The notes under the pieces: generated by a model | The model's input: the letters and a program-made list of their open reading frames with translations, nothing else | What the model was told of the DNA's origin: nothing | The model's database searches: none | Shown here: positions 9,355 through 19,752 of the stretch, piece after piece | How the letters are laid out: the number at the start of each line of letters is the position of its first letter | Position numbering within the stretch: position 1 is the stretch's first letter | Made by a program: the position numbers and the translations under genes | Virus record (IMG/VR): IMGVR_UViG_3300033463_000004 | Span: 198,695 to 262,694 of that record | Length of the DNA stretch: 64,000 nucleotides | From: a virus | Lineage: Duplodnaviria > Caudoviricetes | Reading direction: 5' to 3' (one strand)

Positions 9355-10532
9355 TGGAACTGTTGAGAACTGATTCAAAGGAACAACTGTTTGAAAGCTA
9401 TACGGATCTGAAGTATGTTGATGGTGGTTGGATGCGTGCAGCAGATCGTATTGACAACATTGTCGACAACCATATCAACGCGGATCCGATCAAGAACCGC
9501 GATTATCTTGTTGAGCTTCGTTGCAGATACGACGCTGATATCAATGCTGGACGTCCGTATTCTTTCACGACAGAATTTATCTATCATGAAGATGAACGTG
9601 ACGGATACTGCTGGTTGAATGACTGGTATGAAGGTCAGCAAGATATTGATGTCATGCGAATTATCGCAGTGGATGAAATCGATGAATTCGAGTCAATCGA
9701 GTACACAACATCGAAACTGTCCGAAGGCTATATTCCGGCAGACATCACGTCCGAGAACTATGCAAACATCTTTGATGCTACCATCAAATCGTGGATGAAT
9801 AAGCATGAAATGTATACAGACGTGATTGTCCGGCTTGCATACAAGGTGAAAAGCGATCCGGAAATCAGGATTCGCAATGAGTTCCTGGAGTTCAACGGGA
9901 ATGAAGGTATCTTCGAATGGACTCACAAATGGGAACCTGAAGATCTGGAATTTTTCTATGCTACAGGGGTTATTGATCCGGATGACATCGAGAAGTATAC
10001 CACCGTGTATACGGAACATGATGCACCGTCATATCGTGAAACAATCCGCAATGTATCTGGTTCGGTTGATGGTAAGACATTCGAACAATGGGCAAAGGGT
10101 ATATACAGGAAGCTTGACGAAACCCTGAAGAAGTTTGCAACCGAAAATGATTGCATGGGTGAAGAGCTTGTTGTTCTTTGGGTACATACCGAGGATTCGC
10201 AGTGGGTTCTTCGGAAAGACGTTTTCCATCTCTTGCATTCTACATTATGGGATTCACCCGAGTTAATGTATCAGGTTCCCGGTGGTGCATTTGCCTATTA
10301 TGAGAATATCATGATTTGGGCAATCAGACCGCTGTCACAGATCAAAGAATTCGATCATTGGTTTGTGTCGACACACAACTATGCCGTCAAACAGAAAACG
10401 TCGGTTCCGATTTCACAAACGAATCTGACACCGGAACAACTCAAGGACCTGAAAGCGATGGCGTTGGCTCCTGTGATAGATGCCATCAACGAGGAAATGA
10501 AATCGGGTGACAAGAATGATTCATCAGTTTGA
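9354..10532 (+). CDS. hypothetical protein with 2-3 internal repeated domains
   Basis: 392-aa ORF. Confidence 0.75.
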   Translation: MELLRTDSKEQLFESYTDLKYVDGGWMRAADRIDNIVDNHINADPIKNRDYLVELRCRYDADINAGRPYSFTTEFIYHEDERDGYCWLNDWYEGQQDIDVMRIIAVDEIDEFESIEYTTSKLSEGYIPADITSENYANIFDATIKSWMNKHEMYTDVIVRLAYKVKSDPEIRIRNEFLEFNGNEGIFEWTHKWEPEDLEFFYATGVIDPDDIEKYTTVYTEHDAPSYRETIRNVSGSVDGKTFEQWAKGIYRKLDETLKKFATENDCMGEELVVLWVHTEDSQWVLRKDVFHLLHSTLWDSPELMYQVPGGAFAYYENIMIWAIRPLSQIKEFDHWFVSTHNYAVKQKTSVPISQTNLTPEQLKDLKAMALAPVIDAINEEMKSGDKNDSSV

Positions 10533-11022
10533 TTTGTACATGCTGATACACGGATATCTGTCGGGTGTTTACAAAGAGCAAATGGAACTGGGTCTGGTCG
10601 GAGGATCGAATTTCTCATTTCACAAAATAACATTCGATCTCCGATCCAACCAGAATCTTCGTGGTACATATAATCGTTTGAAGGTCAATCGTGTGACGAA
10701 AGCGGGTGTTTCATATTGGGAGATTGCCCAGACGATTGTTAGTCCAACATTCAAGACAATCGGATTCGGTTGTTTGATTCAGATATACGATGATGGAACA
10801 ATCGTATTTGTTGACTCTAAGAATCCGATTCAACCGGTTGACAAAGGTTTTATGCTCGGATTACAAACTCGCATCGAGAAATACATCCAAAAGCATAAAG
10901 ACGATCCAGCAATATCAGAATCAAATGCGGGAATCATGATCGAAATGAAAGACGGCGAAGTTCAAGTTCATGATGAACGTGATGATTATGACGAAGATAT
11001 TTCAAAGTATTGGGGGTATTGA
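10507..11022 (+). CDS. hypothetical protein
   Basis: 171-aa ORF. Confidence 0.65.
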   Translation: MTRMIHQFDLYMLIHGYLSGVYKEQMELGLVGGSNFSFHKITFDLRSNQNLRGTYNRLKVNRVTKAGVSYWEIAQTIVSPTFKTIGFGCLIQIYDDGTIVFVDSKNPIQPVDKGFMLGLQTRIEKYIQKHKDDPAISESNAGIMIEMKDGEVQVHDERDDYDEDISKYWGY

Positions 11023-11023
11023 T

Positions 11024-11290
11024 ATGACACGACGCAAGAAGAAAAAGCTCGCTCGCCGAATGGGACTTCGACATTATCGCGATGCGAAAGCTGTCAAATA
11101 TGCGGCAGACATTCTCATGAGAATGTCACACACGCTTGAAGAATCCTCATGGCCGAAACGCGATGACATCACGAAGTTACAAGAGGATTACACCAATGAC
11201 ATGTCAAAAGTATATCGTCATGTTTTGCGTACAGGACAGGTTCCTGTGAACAATAAAGAACTTATGGAGGTCATTCAACATGGGGAATGA
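11024..11290 (+). CDS. hypothetical protein, basic N-terminal motif family
   Basis: MTRRKKKKLARRMGLRHYRDAK. Confidence 0.7.
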   Translation: MTRRKKKKLARRMGLRHYRDAKAVKYAADILMRMSHTLEESSWPKRDDITKLQEDYTNDMSKVYRHVLRTGQVPVNNKELMEVIQHGE

Positions 11291-12089
11291 AAATTGCAAA
11301 AAGCTTACCATCACCCAATCGGTCGACATCGCGATCGAAGAACGTATGCTACATGCACGGCAGTTAGAAAAAGAAATGACCGCGCTCGAATTGAGCTTTC
11401 CGGATATCTATAAAGATATATCAGCATATATCTGTGCAGATGCTGCACTCGCCGGTACACGGTCTGGTATCAAACTTGAACATGAGTTCATGGGAAACTA
11501 TGCTGAACTTGATGATGTTCTTAAGAAACTTCTTGAACGTGTTCCGCTCAAACCGATCAACTACGGCTATTGGCTTATCAGGGATGGTGTAGGTAAAGAT
11601 TTCCCATTTATGGAACGGATTCAATCATGGAATTATGATCGTTGCATGCACAACCGCAGCAATCCCGGATATATGATGACAGAATACAGTGTTTTCTCTA
11701 ATTCTGCATTATACTTTGCATTTCCGAAATACAGCGGTGCAATTCTGTATATGAGGAGAATGTTTTGCGGCAGTTCCATAAAACCTCAGCTTGCGCTCGA
11801 AATCGGTCTTCAGATCGTCGATAATTATGATGCATATAAAGAACCTTGCATCGACCTTCAGGAATATCCGGCGATAACATACGTGGTATTGTCGAATGAA
11901 ACCGACATGCGTGCTCTGGCGCGTACCGGTATTTCGGATAGGGATCCACATCCGTTTCAAAGCAGGCTTACATTATTGAACCTTGGCTACTGTCAGGGTA
12001 TCTGCAAGACTATTGCAGAAATCATCCTTAGTGAACATCCTGATGTGTTCGCATACAAATATCCGAAAACTACTAATGAGAAGGAATAA
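11280..12089 (+). CDS. hypothetical protein
   Basis: 269-aa ORF, GGAGG RBS. Confidence 0.7.
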   Translation: MGNENCKKLTITQSVDIAIEERMLHARQLEKEMTALELSFPDIYKDISAYICADAALAGTRSGIKLEHEFMGNYAELDDVLKKLLERVPLKPINYGYWLIRDGVGKDFPFMERIQSWNYDRCMHNRSNPGYMMTEYSVFSNSALYFAFPKYSGAILYMRRMFCGSSIKPQLALEIGLQIVDNYDAYKEPCIDLQEYPAITYVVLSNETDMRALARTGISDRDPHPFQSRLTLLNLGYCQGICKTIAEIILSEHPDVFAYKYPKTTNEKE

Positions 12090-12185
12090 TCAAATGAGTA
12101 TTAAAGTACACGATAGCGAAGACGCCATCAGAAACCTTGAGTTCATTAATAGGGTTGAAGTCAAAACAGAGGAGGAATAAATAAA

Positions 12186-13040
12186 ATGGAAATGAAACTG
12201 ATTGTATATGATCGGAGAGATGCCATCACATATATGGCTCCGATTATCACGAATGCATGCAGAGATTTCGCCAGCAAGGTAGCGCCACAGGGTGGTGGTG
12301 TCTATTCGCAGGTGACAGTTGATTTCAATTTGACATCGTTCGGATACACAATTAACAAAGTTAATCCGAAAACACTGATCACGGTCATGGTTGATGACAG
12401 TTATCATCGTCCAATGATCATCGTCGGTGTTCCATTTCTCAGAGACGATCTCTTCTTCAAAATTACATTCGTAAATACGAATGAAGATGTTAAAGATTAT
12501 CCAGAAGAATGGGCATTCAAACTGGAATATTGCAGCGATCGGTGGGGTCACAACGTGATTGAAAGGAGAGCTGTAGCGCTCTCAGTGTCACAATTAAGCG
12601 CGAAGTTCATCGAACTGGTCGAACTCATGGAACGGCTTGTGAACTTCGGAACCAGTAACACATTCATGACAATCTCAATGCAAGACAGATGTGATGCTGA
12701 AGAGGATGTGGGCGAAGAAGCTGACGAGGAGATTCCCGTCGAAGAATCGGATGAAACACCGGAAGAACAACCAGTTCACAAAATGCGAAGATTCGCAGGC
12801 ATGATGCCCGTGAATGAAATCGAACGGACAGAGATATTCAAAGACAAATATGGACATGATGTTCGTATTGACGCAGGTCCGAACGGCTGGACAGTTAGAT
12901 ACGCAGATATGAGTTCCAATTACAAAGACGAGTCTATCGGCACTAATGCAAACTTCAAGAATGCATATGACACTGCTGCGACTTGTGTTGGACCTCTCAC
13001 ACCTGTGAAAACGGAACGAAAGGAGGGAATTGAAAAATGA
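12186..13040 (+). CDS. hypothetical protein
   Basis: 284-aa ORF, GAGGAGG RBS. Confidence 0.75.
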   Translation: MEMKLIVYDRRDAITYMAPIITNACRDFASKVAPQGGGVYSQVTVDFNLTSFGYTINKVNPKTLITVMVDDSYHRPMIIVGVPFLRDDLFFKITFVNTNEDVKDYPEEWAFKLEYCSDRWGHNVIERRAVALSVSQLSAKFIELVELMERLVNFGTSNTFMTISMQDRCDAEEDVGEEADEEIPVEESDETPEEQPVHKMRRFAGMMPVNEIERTEIFKDKYGHDVRIDAGPNGWTVRYADMSSNYKDESIGTNANFKNAYDTAATCVGPLTPVKTERKEGIEK

Positions 13041-13270
13041 AACGTACAAATCGTGCGGCACTTCATGCAATGCCTACTGATCAATTGGCAATGTTCATCA
13101 ATCATGTTGATTGCAGGAACTGTGCTTACTGTGGTGAGGATGGGGTGAGCTGTACAATCCCCGACCGTCCCATTCCTTCAGATAAATGTATCGAAGGTAT
13201 CGCAAAATGGCTTGACCAGGAAGAATCGGAATTCCTGAGTCATCTGGAATCAGAATACGAGGAGGACTAA
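13037..13270 (+). CDS. small Cys-rich hypothetical protein
   Basis: CRNCAYC...C...CIEGIAKWL. Confidence 0.7.
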   Translation: MKRTNRAALHAMPTDQLAMFINHVDCRNCAYCGEDGVSCTIPDRPIPSDKCIEGIAKWLDQEESEFLSHLESEYEED

Positions 13271-13272
13271 TA

Positions 13273-13728
13273 ATGAACAAGGATAAGGCATATGAAAATC
13301 TGATGAAAACAATGGCAGCGAATGCTGCTGAAAATGGTATTCCGTGGCCGCCCATTGAAAATCTGGGCGATCAGGCACATACTGCTGAAACACCGAACAA
13401 AGAATCAAAAGGTGCTTCATCAACGCCCAAAAAACAGGTGGGTGGCATCCCCGCAACAGTCAACATTGATATCGGACCCAAATACAGAATTCAGATTGAT
13501 GAAAATAACCCGTCTTCAATCGAGGCAGTCAAAAAGCTCATCAATTCGGAGCCTGTTATTTCACCGACGACAATGGCGACTGTTGCAACAGAGATCATCG
13601 GCATTCTGACCAAAAACAATATTGTTCCAACAATTCATATTAATCTGGGACCGCATGTCGATATTATTCGTAAGAAGCCTGCAGAGAATACTGATACCAA
13701 AACTGACAAGGGGGACAAATCAAAATGA
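13273..13728 (+). CDS. hypothetical protein
   Basis: GAGGAGG RBS. Confidence 0.65.
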   Translation: MNKDKAYENLMKTMAANAAENGIPWPPIENLGDQAHTAETPNKESKGASSTPKKQVGGIPATVNIDIGPKYRIQIDENNPSSIEAVKKLINSEPVISPTTMATVATEIIGILTKNNIVPTIHINLGPHVDIIRKKPAENTDTKTDKGDKSK

Positions 13729-14738
13729 AAATCATTCCACAAGCAGCATATTATCTTGATACGACGGGAATGTCCCAGTATCAAATCATCGAGAAAGCTG
13801 GAAGAACCTGCTACAAGTCTGAAGACAAAATCACTGAGGAATCCGCAACAAAGTTTGTTGCAGCTCTTGTGAGAAGGTGTCACCTTGCAATGCTCGAATT
13901 CGGTTATCTCTACATGAAGATTACCGATATCGATTTTCTCGAATTCTTTCAGGCGACAAAACCACATTTCATCCATATGGTTGGTGAGTATGCTGTTGGT
14001 AACTTCCGAGCATTCTACGACTGGTACAAGGCATGGCTTGACGGCAAATGGATGATTGATATGGATTATTATGATGGATTCATGGATCTCATCTGGTGTC
14101 TGGCTCAGAAGTATCCTGAAGTTTACAAAGACCTCTATGACAAGCTTCATGAGAAGTTTGAACCGGATGTGATCGATATAGAACGCATGAATGTCGATGA
14201 CGTGAAATATCCGTTCATGTTCTTCACAAAAGAGGAACTGATCGCTGATTACAAAGCATCTGGAAACTTTGACAGCTATCTGGTTGACATTATTCCGCAC
14301 ATCGTGATGTTCACAACAAACCGCGGTGTTACACATGAACTGGTAAGACATCGTAATGATGAAACATTCGCAATGGAGTCAACAAGATACTGCAAATACG
14401 ATGTGGAAAAGTTCGGTGGAGAGCTCACGATCATCGAACCGATGCAGGAAATCCGTGATAATCCGGATGCATATGAGAGATGGTTGAAGGATACCAAGGC
14501 TGATGAAGAATCGTATATGTGGTTCGTCAAGCATGGCATTTCTGCACAGGCTGCTCGCGGAAGACTTCCGCATGACATCAAAGCTGACATCTGGAATGCT
14601 TGTTTCGAGTCCCAATGGCAGCATAAACTGAATTTGAGAATGCATGGAACGACTGGCGCTCCGCATCCGCAGTTCAAAGAACTGATGGAACTTGTGTATC
14701 CAGACCTCGTGAAGTATTCCGAAGGAAGACTGAAATAA
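13725..14738 (+). CDS. thyX: FAD-dependent thymidylate synthase
   Basis: IEKAGRTCYKS, H..MLEF, RGVTHELVRHR-x7-ESTRY, QAARG.LP motifs. Confidence 0.95.
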   Translation: MKIIPQAAYYLDTTGMSQYQIIEKAGRTCYKSEDKITEESATKFVAALVRRCHLAMLEFGYLYMKITDIDFLEFFQATKPHFIHMVGEYAVGNFRAFYDWYKAWLDGKWMIDMDYYDGFMDLIWCLAQKYPEVYKDLYDKLHEKFEPDVIDIERMNVDDVKYPFMFFTKEELIADYKASGNFDSYLVDIIPHIVMFTTNRGVTHELVRHRNDETFAMESTRYCKYDVEKFGGELTIIEPMQEIRDNPDAYERWLKDTKADEESYMWFVKHGISAQAARGRLPHDIKADIWNACFESQWQHKLNLRMHGTTGAPHPQFKELMELVYPDLVKYSEGRLK

Positions 14739-14751
14739 AAAAAAATAAAAC

Positions 14752-14777
14752 ATGTGGGGCGGGAAACCGCCCCATAT
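14752..14777. terminator. GC hairpin terminator
   Basis: ATGTGGGGCGG-GAAA-CCGCCCCATAT. Confidence 0.75.
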
Positions 14778-14801
14778 ATAAATTTTTGAAAGGATTTTCA
14801 T

Positions 14802-15566
14802 ATGAAAAATATTCGAGTTCAACCATTTTTGAAGAATGTTTATAATGAAAAAAGTCAACATAATAAATCAACATTCTATTGCGATATTGTATTACGATAT
14901 GAAATTCTATATGGTATTCCTGATTTTATGTTTGCGGATGAAAATATTGTCGGTATTCAATTCGAAGAAGAAGATACAGAATATGACATCATTAACATCA
15001 TGAATTTGATCATGGGGAATCCGAGAGTCCGTGCAATCGTCGTATTGGATTCGAAAATAGATAAAAACATGCAGAGCTATGCGGTACAATCAACTGTTGA
15101 CGATAATCCAGATTTTGTATTAATGAAAGAAGAGACGTATCGTGAACGGTCATGTTATGTCCGTTTTCCAAAACAAGATTCGTTATATAAAGCTCTGAAA
15201 AATTCTGTTCGGAACGCATTTGTGGGTCGAATTAAATGGAATCGGAATCATATTGATACCAATACAGATGAAAGGTGTTATTCCGCAGAAGCAAACATTG
15301 ATATCATTTTCATGGATTCAACAGGTCTTTGTACAGTCATATTCAAGAATCCAGATAAACTAATTGATGTGGATGATCGTATCATCAGATTGTTCTTTGA
15401 TTATAACCGATACTTGAGCGTGAATGATCCTTCTGAAAACAAAGTCGACCAAAAGAAAGGGATCATTTGTGATAATCATCCATGGATGACCGATATTCAG
15501 AAATTGTTCGTGAATGATTTGAATAAGATCATTGAATATTATCATTTAAAATATAGGAGGGATTGA
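14802..15566 (+). CDS. hypothetical protein
   Basis: 254-aa ORF. Confidence 0.7.
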   Translation: MKNIRVQPFLKNVYNEKSQHNKSTFYCDIVLRYEILYGIPDFMFADENIVGIQFEEEDTEYDIINIMNLIMGNPRVRAIVVLDSKIDKNMQSYAVQSTVDDNPDFVLMKEETYRERSCYVRFPKQDSLYKALKNSVRNAFVGRIKWNRNHIDTNTDERCYSAEANIDIIFMDSTGLCTVIFKNPDKLIDVDDRIIRLFFDYNRYLSVNDPSENKVDQKKGIICDNHPWMTDIQKLFVNDLNKIIEYYHLKYRRD

Positions 15567-15570
15567 TAAT

Positions 15571-16341
15571 ATGATGATGCATGGTGCCCAAATTGTTTCG
15601 GAAGTAAAACACCGAATGCATGTGACAAATCATTTTCAATGTGAACCATGGACAGTTGAAGTTCGAGGTCATATTGCAACCATTTGTCCATCGGATAACA
15701 ACGTAAAATGGGTATACTATCGGGATTACTGGTTCAGAGTTTCGATTGATGAATTGATCTCATTTCATGATGATACCCAACATAAACTCGATAAACGTTT
15801 CGATGATTCTATGAGAGAAACAATCGAAAAGTATATTGACGAAAATCATATTGTATTTGGAGATGAGAAAATCATGAATGAGAATGTTAAAGTTAAATAC
15901 AAATTCCGTGTCGGTGATTATTTTCGTCAGGGTATGCCATATGAACTGATTCTGACACAAGGTTCCGCGCTGTATAATAAATTGACATGTAATGGTATTG
16001 GACCCGCGTTTACAAATGAATACGGTGACGGTTCAGACAAATTTCGAACAACTATAATCTGTGATGGTTTCGACACAGATGATACACGTGCGATTTTCAT
16101 CTATTATGATGCAAAAGAAAAGAAACCGATGCGGTTCACAATCAGAGCAGATGTTCTGGTTCGATCTATTGGATTACAAGATGATGGAACTCTTGGTGAA
16201 ATGTCTAGAGATGATCATATCTGTATTACACGGATTCCGACTGTCTCACACAAAGGTGTTCCGGCAGAAGATTGTTTCGGAAGTACATATGGTCATGTTC
16301 CGTCATTCATGCTCGAACACGTTCTTTATGCAGTTCGATAA
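15571..16341 (+). CDS. hypothetical protein
   Basis: 256-aa ORF, GGAGG RBS. Confidence 0.7.
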   Translation: MMMHGAQIVSEVKHRMHVTNHFQCEPWTVEVRGHIATICPSDNNVKWVYYRDYWFRVSIDELISFHDDTQHKLDKRFDDSMRETIEKYIDENHIVFGDEKIMNENVKVKYKFRVGDYFRQGMPYELILTQGSALYNKLTCNGIGPAFTNEYGDGSDKFRTTIICDGFDTDDTRAIFIYYDAKEKKPMRFTIRADVLVRSIGLQDDGTLGEMSRDDHICITRIPTVSHKGVPAEDCFGSTYGHVPSFMLEHVLYAVR

Positions 16342-16356
16342 TGAAGGTGCTAAATC

Positions 16357-16809
16357 ATGAAAGTATATATTACAAAAGATATTGTATGCAAGATCATCGA
16401 CGAATTTCACAGTGGGTATCTACGAAATATGCTATATGAAGTAACAAATATTCATATAGAAAAAGCACATTTCTTATGGACAATTCATGAGTATCCATAT
16501 TTGGTTCTCGCTGAAATGTATGATAATGCCGGTTTCGTTATTACTTGCAGAATTCGTGCAATCGGTGGTAAAGAAGCTGAAATCGAGGATCTTCGGAAGT
16601 GGTGTATAGAAAATTACATCATTAAAATATCATCAGATTCGATTGACTTCAAGTACAACACCGATTACTTCACTCATTTTGCATTAGATGAAGAATGGGT
16701 CAATACCCTATTCAAAATATATGCACGAATCGTTCAAGTAAATACAGAAATGTGGAAAGATGAACTGTTCAGGATGAGCCAAGAAATGAATGGTGGTGAA
16801 GAAACTTGA
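16357..16809 (+). CDS. hypothetical protein
   Basis: 150-aa ORF. Confidence 0.7.
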   Translation: MKVYITKDIVCKIIDEFHSGYLRNMLYEVTNIHIEKAHFLWTIHEYPYLVLAEMYDNAGFVITCRIRAIGGKEAEIEDLRKWCIENYIIKISSDSIDFKYNTDYFTHFALDEEWVNTLFKIYARIVQVNTEMWKDELFRMSQEMNGGEET

Positions 16810-17141
16810 AAAGAAACTTGAAAAAGTTTTTGAAAAAGATAACTCCTCTAATATTGGCTATACTAATAATAGCGGGTGTGTCTGTAATTGTTGTGTGGAC
16901 GTGTACAAATAATTCAACATCAATAGAAGATAAACTTATAACCGACATATTTGCACATGATTATATCAGAATTGATGGTATTGATTACCCGACAAAGGAT
17001 ATCAGTCGTATTCAAATCGGATATGGCGCATCATACGGATATATGACACTCAACGATGAACAAGTGATTGTACGATTCAATTGTGGTGAATTTGTATTAT
17101 ATAATGAAGGGGGTTTTCCATATGGAACTGGTGTCTCATAA
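16806..17141 (+). CDS. membrane-anchored hypothetical protein
   Basis: N-terminal hydrophobic helix. Confidence 0.65.
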   Translation: MKRNLKKFLKKITPLILAILIIAGVSVIVVWTCTNNSTSIEDKLITDIFAHDYIRIDGIDYPTKDISRIQIGYGASYGYMTLNDEQVIVRFNCGEFVLYNEGGFPYGTGVS

Positions 17142-17391
17142 GAAAATCATTCGACCGTTTATATTCCGGGGAAAACAATGTATAGTTGTTCCAGCGTCAC
17201 CGCATGTCATTCGTATATTTTATGATTGTCATATATATGATGTATTGCTGACCCATGATGAACTGAATACATGGAAAACGTCTGGTACAGACTGGCAACG
17301 AGAGTACATTCATAAACTTCTTGATGACAGACTGATCGGTACCGAAGCACTTGAACGGAATGCTTCCATCTTAGATGGATATCTTGCATAA
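17122..17391 (+). CDS. hypothetical protein
   Basis: ORF; loosely similar to 19094-19414 and 19407-19664 products. Confidence 0.6.
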   Translation: MELVSHKKIIRPFIFRGKQCIVVPASPHVIRIFYDCHIYDVLLTHDELNTWKTSGTDWQREYIHKLLDDRLIGTEALERNASILDGYLA

Positions 17392-17406
17392 AGAAAGGTG
17401 ATAATT

Positions 17407-18672
17407 ATGAAAAAGAAACTGGTAACTGATCAGGTGAAAAGTTTACTTGACCATGTCATCAGAACAATCGATCAATGGTGGTTTGAGACAACGAATATCG
17501 AACAAGGATGCTTCACAAGATCAGACATAAACGATTCTTCCGTTACATATAAAGATTATGTTGAGTGGAGATATAGTGAGAAGGCAGACTACAAAAACTA
17601 TATACCTGACTATGTTTCTATATTCATCTCACTTGAATATGAAGATGGTACGGATTATATCCGAATCGCGTTGAAAAAGTTGAAAGACGGAGTATATACT
17701 ACATATGATCCGTTCTGTGAAATTCATGACGGAAAAGTGGATGTCACAATTTCCGATGATACTGGCGGTTATGATGAATGGTTCTCCGTATTAGGAAAGA
17801 ACTGTTTCAATGACTTGACAGATAATATTGCGACAGCTGTGTATAGATTTACGAATCCACCATATGATGAAGAGAAAGTGAGTGCTATTATGTCTGATAA
17901 AAAAGAATACGGCGATGGTCTTTTAACATTAACGAACTTTGAAGTATTACAGACGGTCATATCAGAATTATATAATCTTCGAATGTTTTGGCCAAACTTT
18001 TTCAATATCAAATTTGATATTGATCCCAGAGAGTCTGATATTACATTTAATATCGATTTTCCCGACGATGGTACTTTTTGTATCGATATCCAAAATCAAG
18101 GATTCTATGTTGGTGAATTGGAATATCAATGGTGCGGTGGGTCTAATTCCAACATGCTGAATTTTAATTGTCTGGATGAGCATGGGGACATAGCAGATCG
18201 TATCAATGGAATTTGTTTGAGAGATAACAATACCAATGATCCAAAAATCAATTATTGGAATGAGGATGAATTAAAAACATCAAACATTCCATTGTTATAT
18301 GAATTTATATCCAGAATTTATTCTGCATTACATGAAGAGATGCGTAATAAATGGATTAAGGAACAAGCAATTGAAGAAAAACATCATATGCAATATAACG
18401 GTATCATAGCACGTCCAATATTCGATCCACAATTTCTTGAACCAGGTGCTTTGATTCAGATTCATGTATTAAAAGAACGATCCACGTGGAAAACAAACGT
18501 GTGGAGATCTGGAATTTATTACAACTGCTTCGTCACAGGTCAAGACGAAATGAATACAAAGTTAAATGTTATTCGCATCGATTATCGTTCTGGATCAAAA
18601 AGTACAATTACAGAAAAGATTGATGTGAAAGATATAACCGAAGGATATCTCGAAATTATTAGAGTGAAATAA
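17407..18672 (+). CDS. hypothetical protein
   Basis: ~420-aa ORF. Confidence 0.75.
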   Translation: MKKKLVTDQVKSLLDHVIRTIDQWWFETTNIEQGCFTRSDINDSSVTYKDYVEWRYSEKADYKNYIPDYVSIFISLEYEDGTDYIRIALKKLKDGVYTTYDPFCEIHDGKVDVTISDDTGGYDEWFSVLGKNCFNDLTDNIATAVYRFTNPPYDEEKVSAIMSDKKEYGDGLLTLTNFEVLQTVISELYNLRMFWPNFFNIKFDIDPRESDITFNIDFPDDGTFCIDIQNQGFYVGELEYQWCGGSNSNMLNFNCLDEHGDIADRINGICLRDNNTNDPKINYWNEDELKTSNIPLLYEFISRIYSALHEEMRNKWIKEQAIEEKHHMQYNGIIARPIFDPQFLEPGALIQIHVLKERSTWKTNVWRSGIYYNCFVTGQDEMNTKLNVIRIDYRSGSKSTITEKIDVKDITEGYLEIIRVK

Positions 18673-18675
18673 GAG

Positions 18676-19104
18676 GTGATTACATTGGCAAAATATCAGA
18701 ATAATGATCCATTTGGATATTTCTATGCAATGGTCGAAACAAAGAAAATTTACAACAAAGATTCATTCACAATGGGACATCCATATTGGATTAAATTTGC
18801 AGATGATGAATCTGCCATAAAATGTTTACCAAATTTAGATAAGTCTGGATTGTTTTGTGCCAAACGATGTAACAAAATGACCGATTCTGGTGTATATGCA
18901 TTATTCATTGGATATTCTAAAGGTATGACAACTGCAGATTTCATCACATTCCAATTAATAAATGATAATGGCGATTTTCAACAAGGTATATACATTTCAA
19001 TTGATATCGAAATGATTGTTGATTCTATGAATTCGATGTCAGCACAAGTGGATATACCAATCACAATTATACCATTAGGAAAGGAAGATATCAATGATAT
19101 ATGA
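18676..19104 (+). CDS. hypothetical protein
   Basis: 142-aa ORF. Confidence 0.65.
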   Translation: MITLAKYQNNDPFGYFYAMVETKKIYNKDSFTMGHPYWIKFADDESAIKCLPNLDKSGLFCAKRCNKMTDSGVYALFIGYSKGMTTADFITFQLINDNGDFQQGIYISIDIEMIVDSMNSMSAQVDIPITIIPLGKEDINDI

Positions 19105-19414
19105 AGATAATGAAAATCAAAGTACAAACGAATCACCAATGATTACATTGCATGCAATCAGACAAACGACTTTCGTTTATAAAAATAAAAAAGTCGTGAT
19201 TTCTCCAGTGACATCGCGGTTTATCAAAGATGATAATACCAAGCATGAATTCATCATCACATACAGTGGTAAAATCTTACACTGTTCAATCAGTGAAGAA
19301 GACTTGTTAAAAGTTAAAGAATTCACAAAAGAAGAACGACAGGCATTCTTCATAAAAGTCATTGATTGGGCTGATAAACAGAAAACAACAGGGACGGTAA
19401 AAGCCGATGAATGA
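19094..19414 (+). CDS. hypothetical protein
   Basis: 106-aa ORF. Confidence 0.65.
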   Translation: MIYEDNENQSTNESPMITLHAIRQTTFVYKNKKVVISPVTSRFIKDDNTKHEFIITYSGKILHCSISEEDLLKVKEFTKEERQAFFIKVIDWADKQKTTGTVKADE

Positions 19415-19664
19415 TTTGAATAAAGTAATATCATGTGAAAATTTTACCCCTTCCCCATATGAGAGAGAAATCAATATCATTGGATCACCTGCGTATATCA
19501 GAGAAGATATTGTGTGCTGGAATGGTCAACTCGTAAATTCATTTATGATTATTTACAGAGGAAAAGAATTTCAGATGCTTTCTTCCAAAAAAGATCTTGA
19601 TGACGATGTGATTAGAAGAGCAGTCATCGATTATATTTACGATAACGATATCAGATTCACATAA
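19407..19664 (+). CDS. hypothetical protein
   Basis: 85-aa ORF. Confidence 0.6.
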   Translation: MNDLNKVISCENFTPSPYEREINIIGSPAYIREDIVCWNGQLVNSFMIIYRGKEFQMLSSKKDLDDDVIRRAVIDYIYDNDIRFT

Positions 19665-19668
19665 CAAA

Positions 19669-19692
19669 TTGGGGCGGGAAATCCCGCCCCAA
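19669..19692. terminator. GC hairpin terminator
   Basis: TTGGGGCGGGA-AA-TCCCGCCCCAA. Confidence 0.7.
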
Positions 19693-19752
19693 TAAATCAC
19701 AACTTTCAAAGAACAAATTCTTACTATATTTCTTTGAAGGGAGCTAATCAAC

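Noticed and set aside
13635-14861. - strand ORFs over thyX
   Set aside because: Antisense shadows of a well-supported gene
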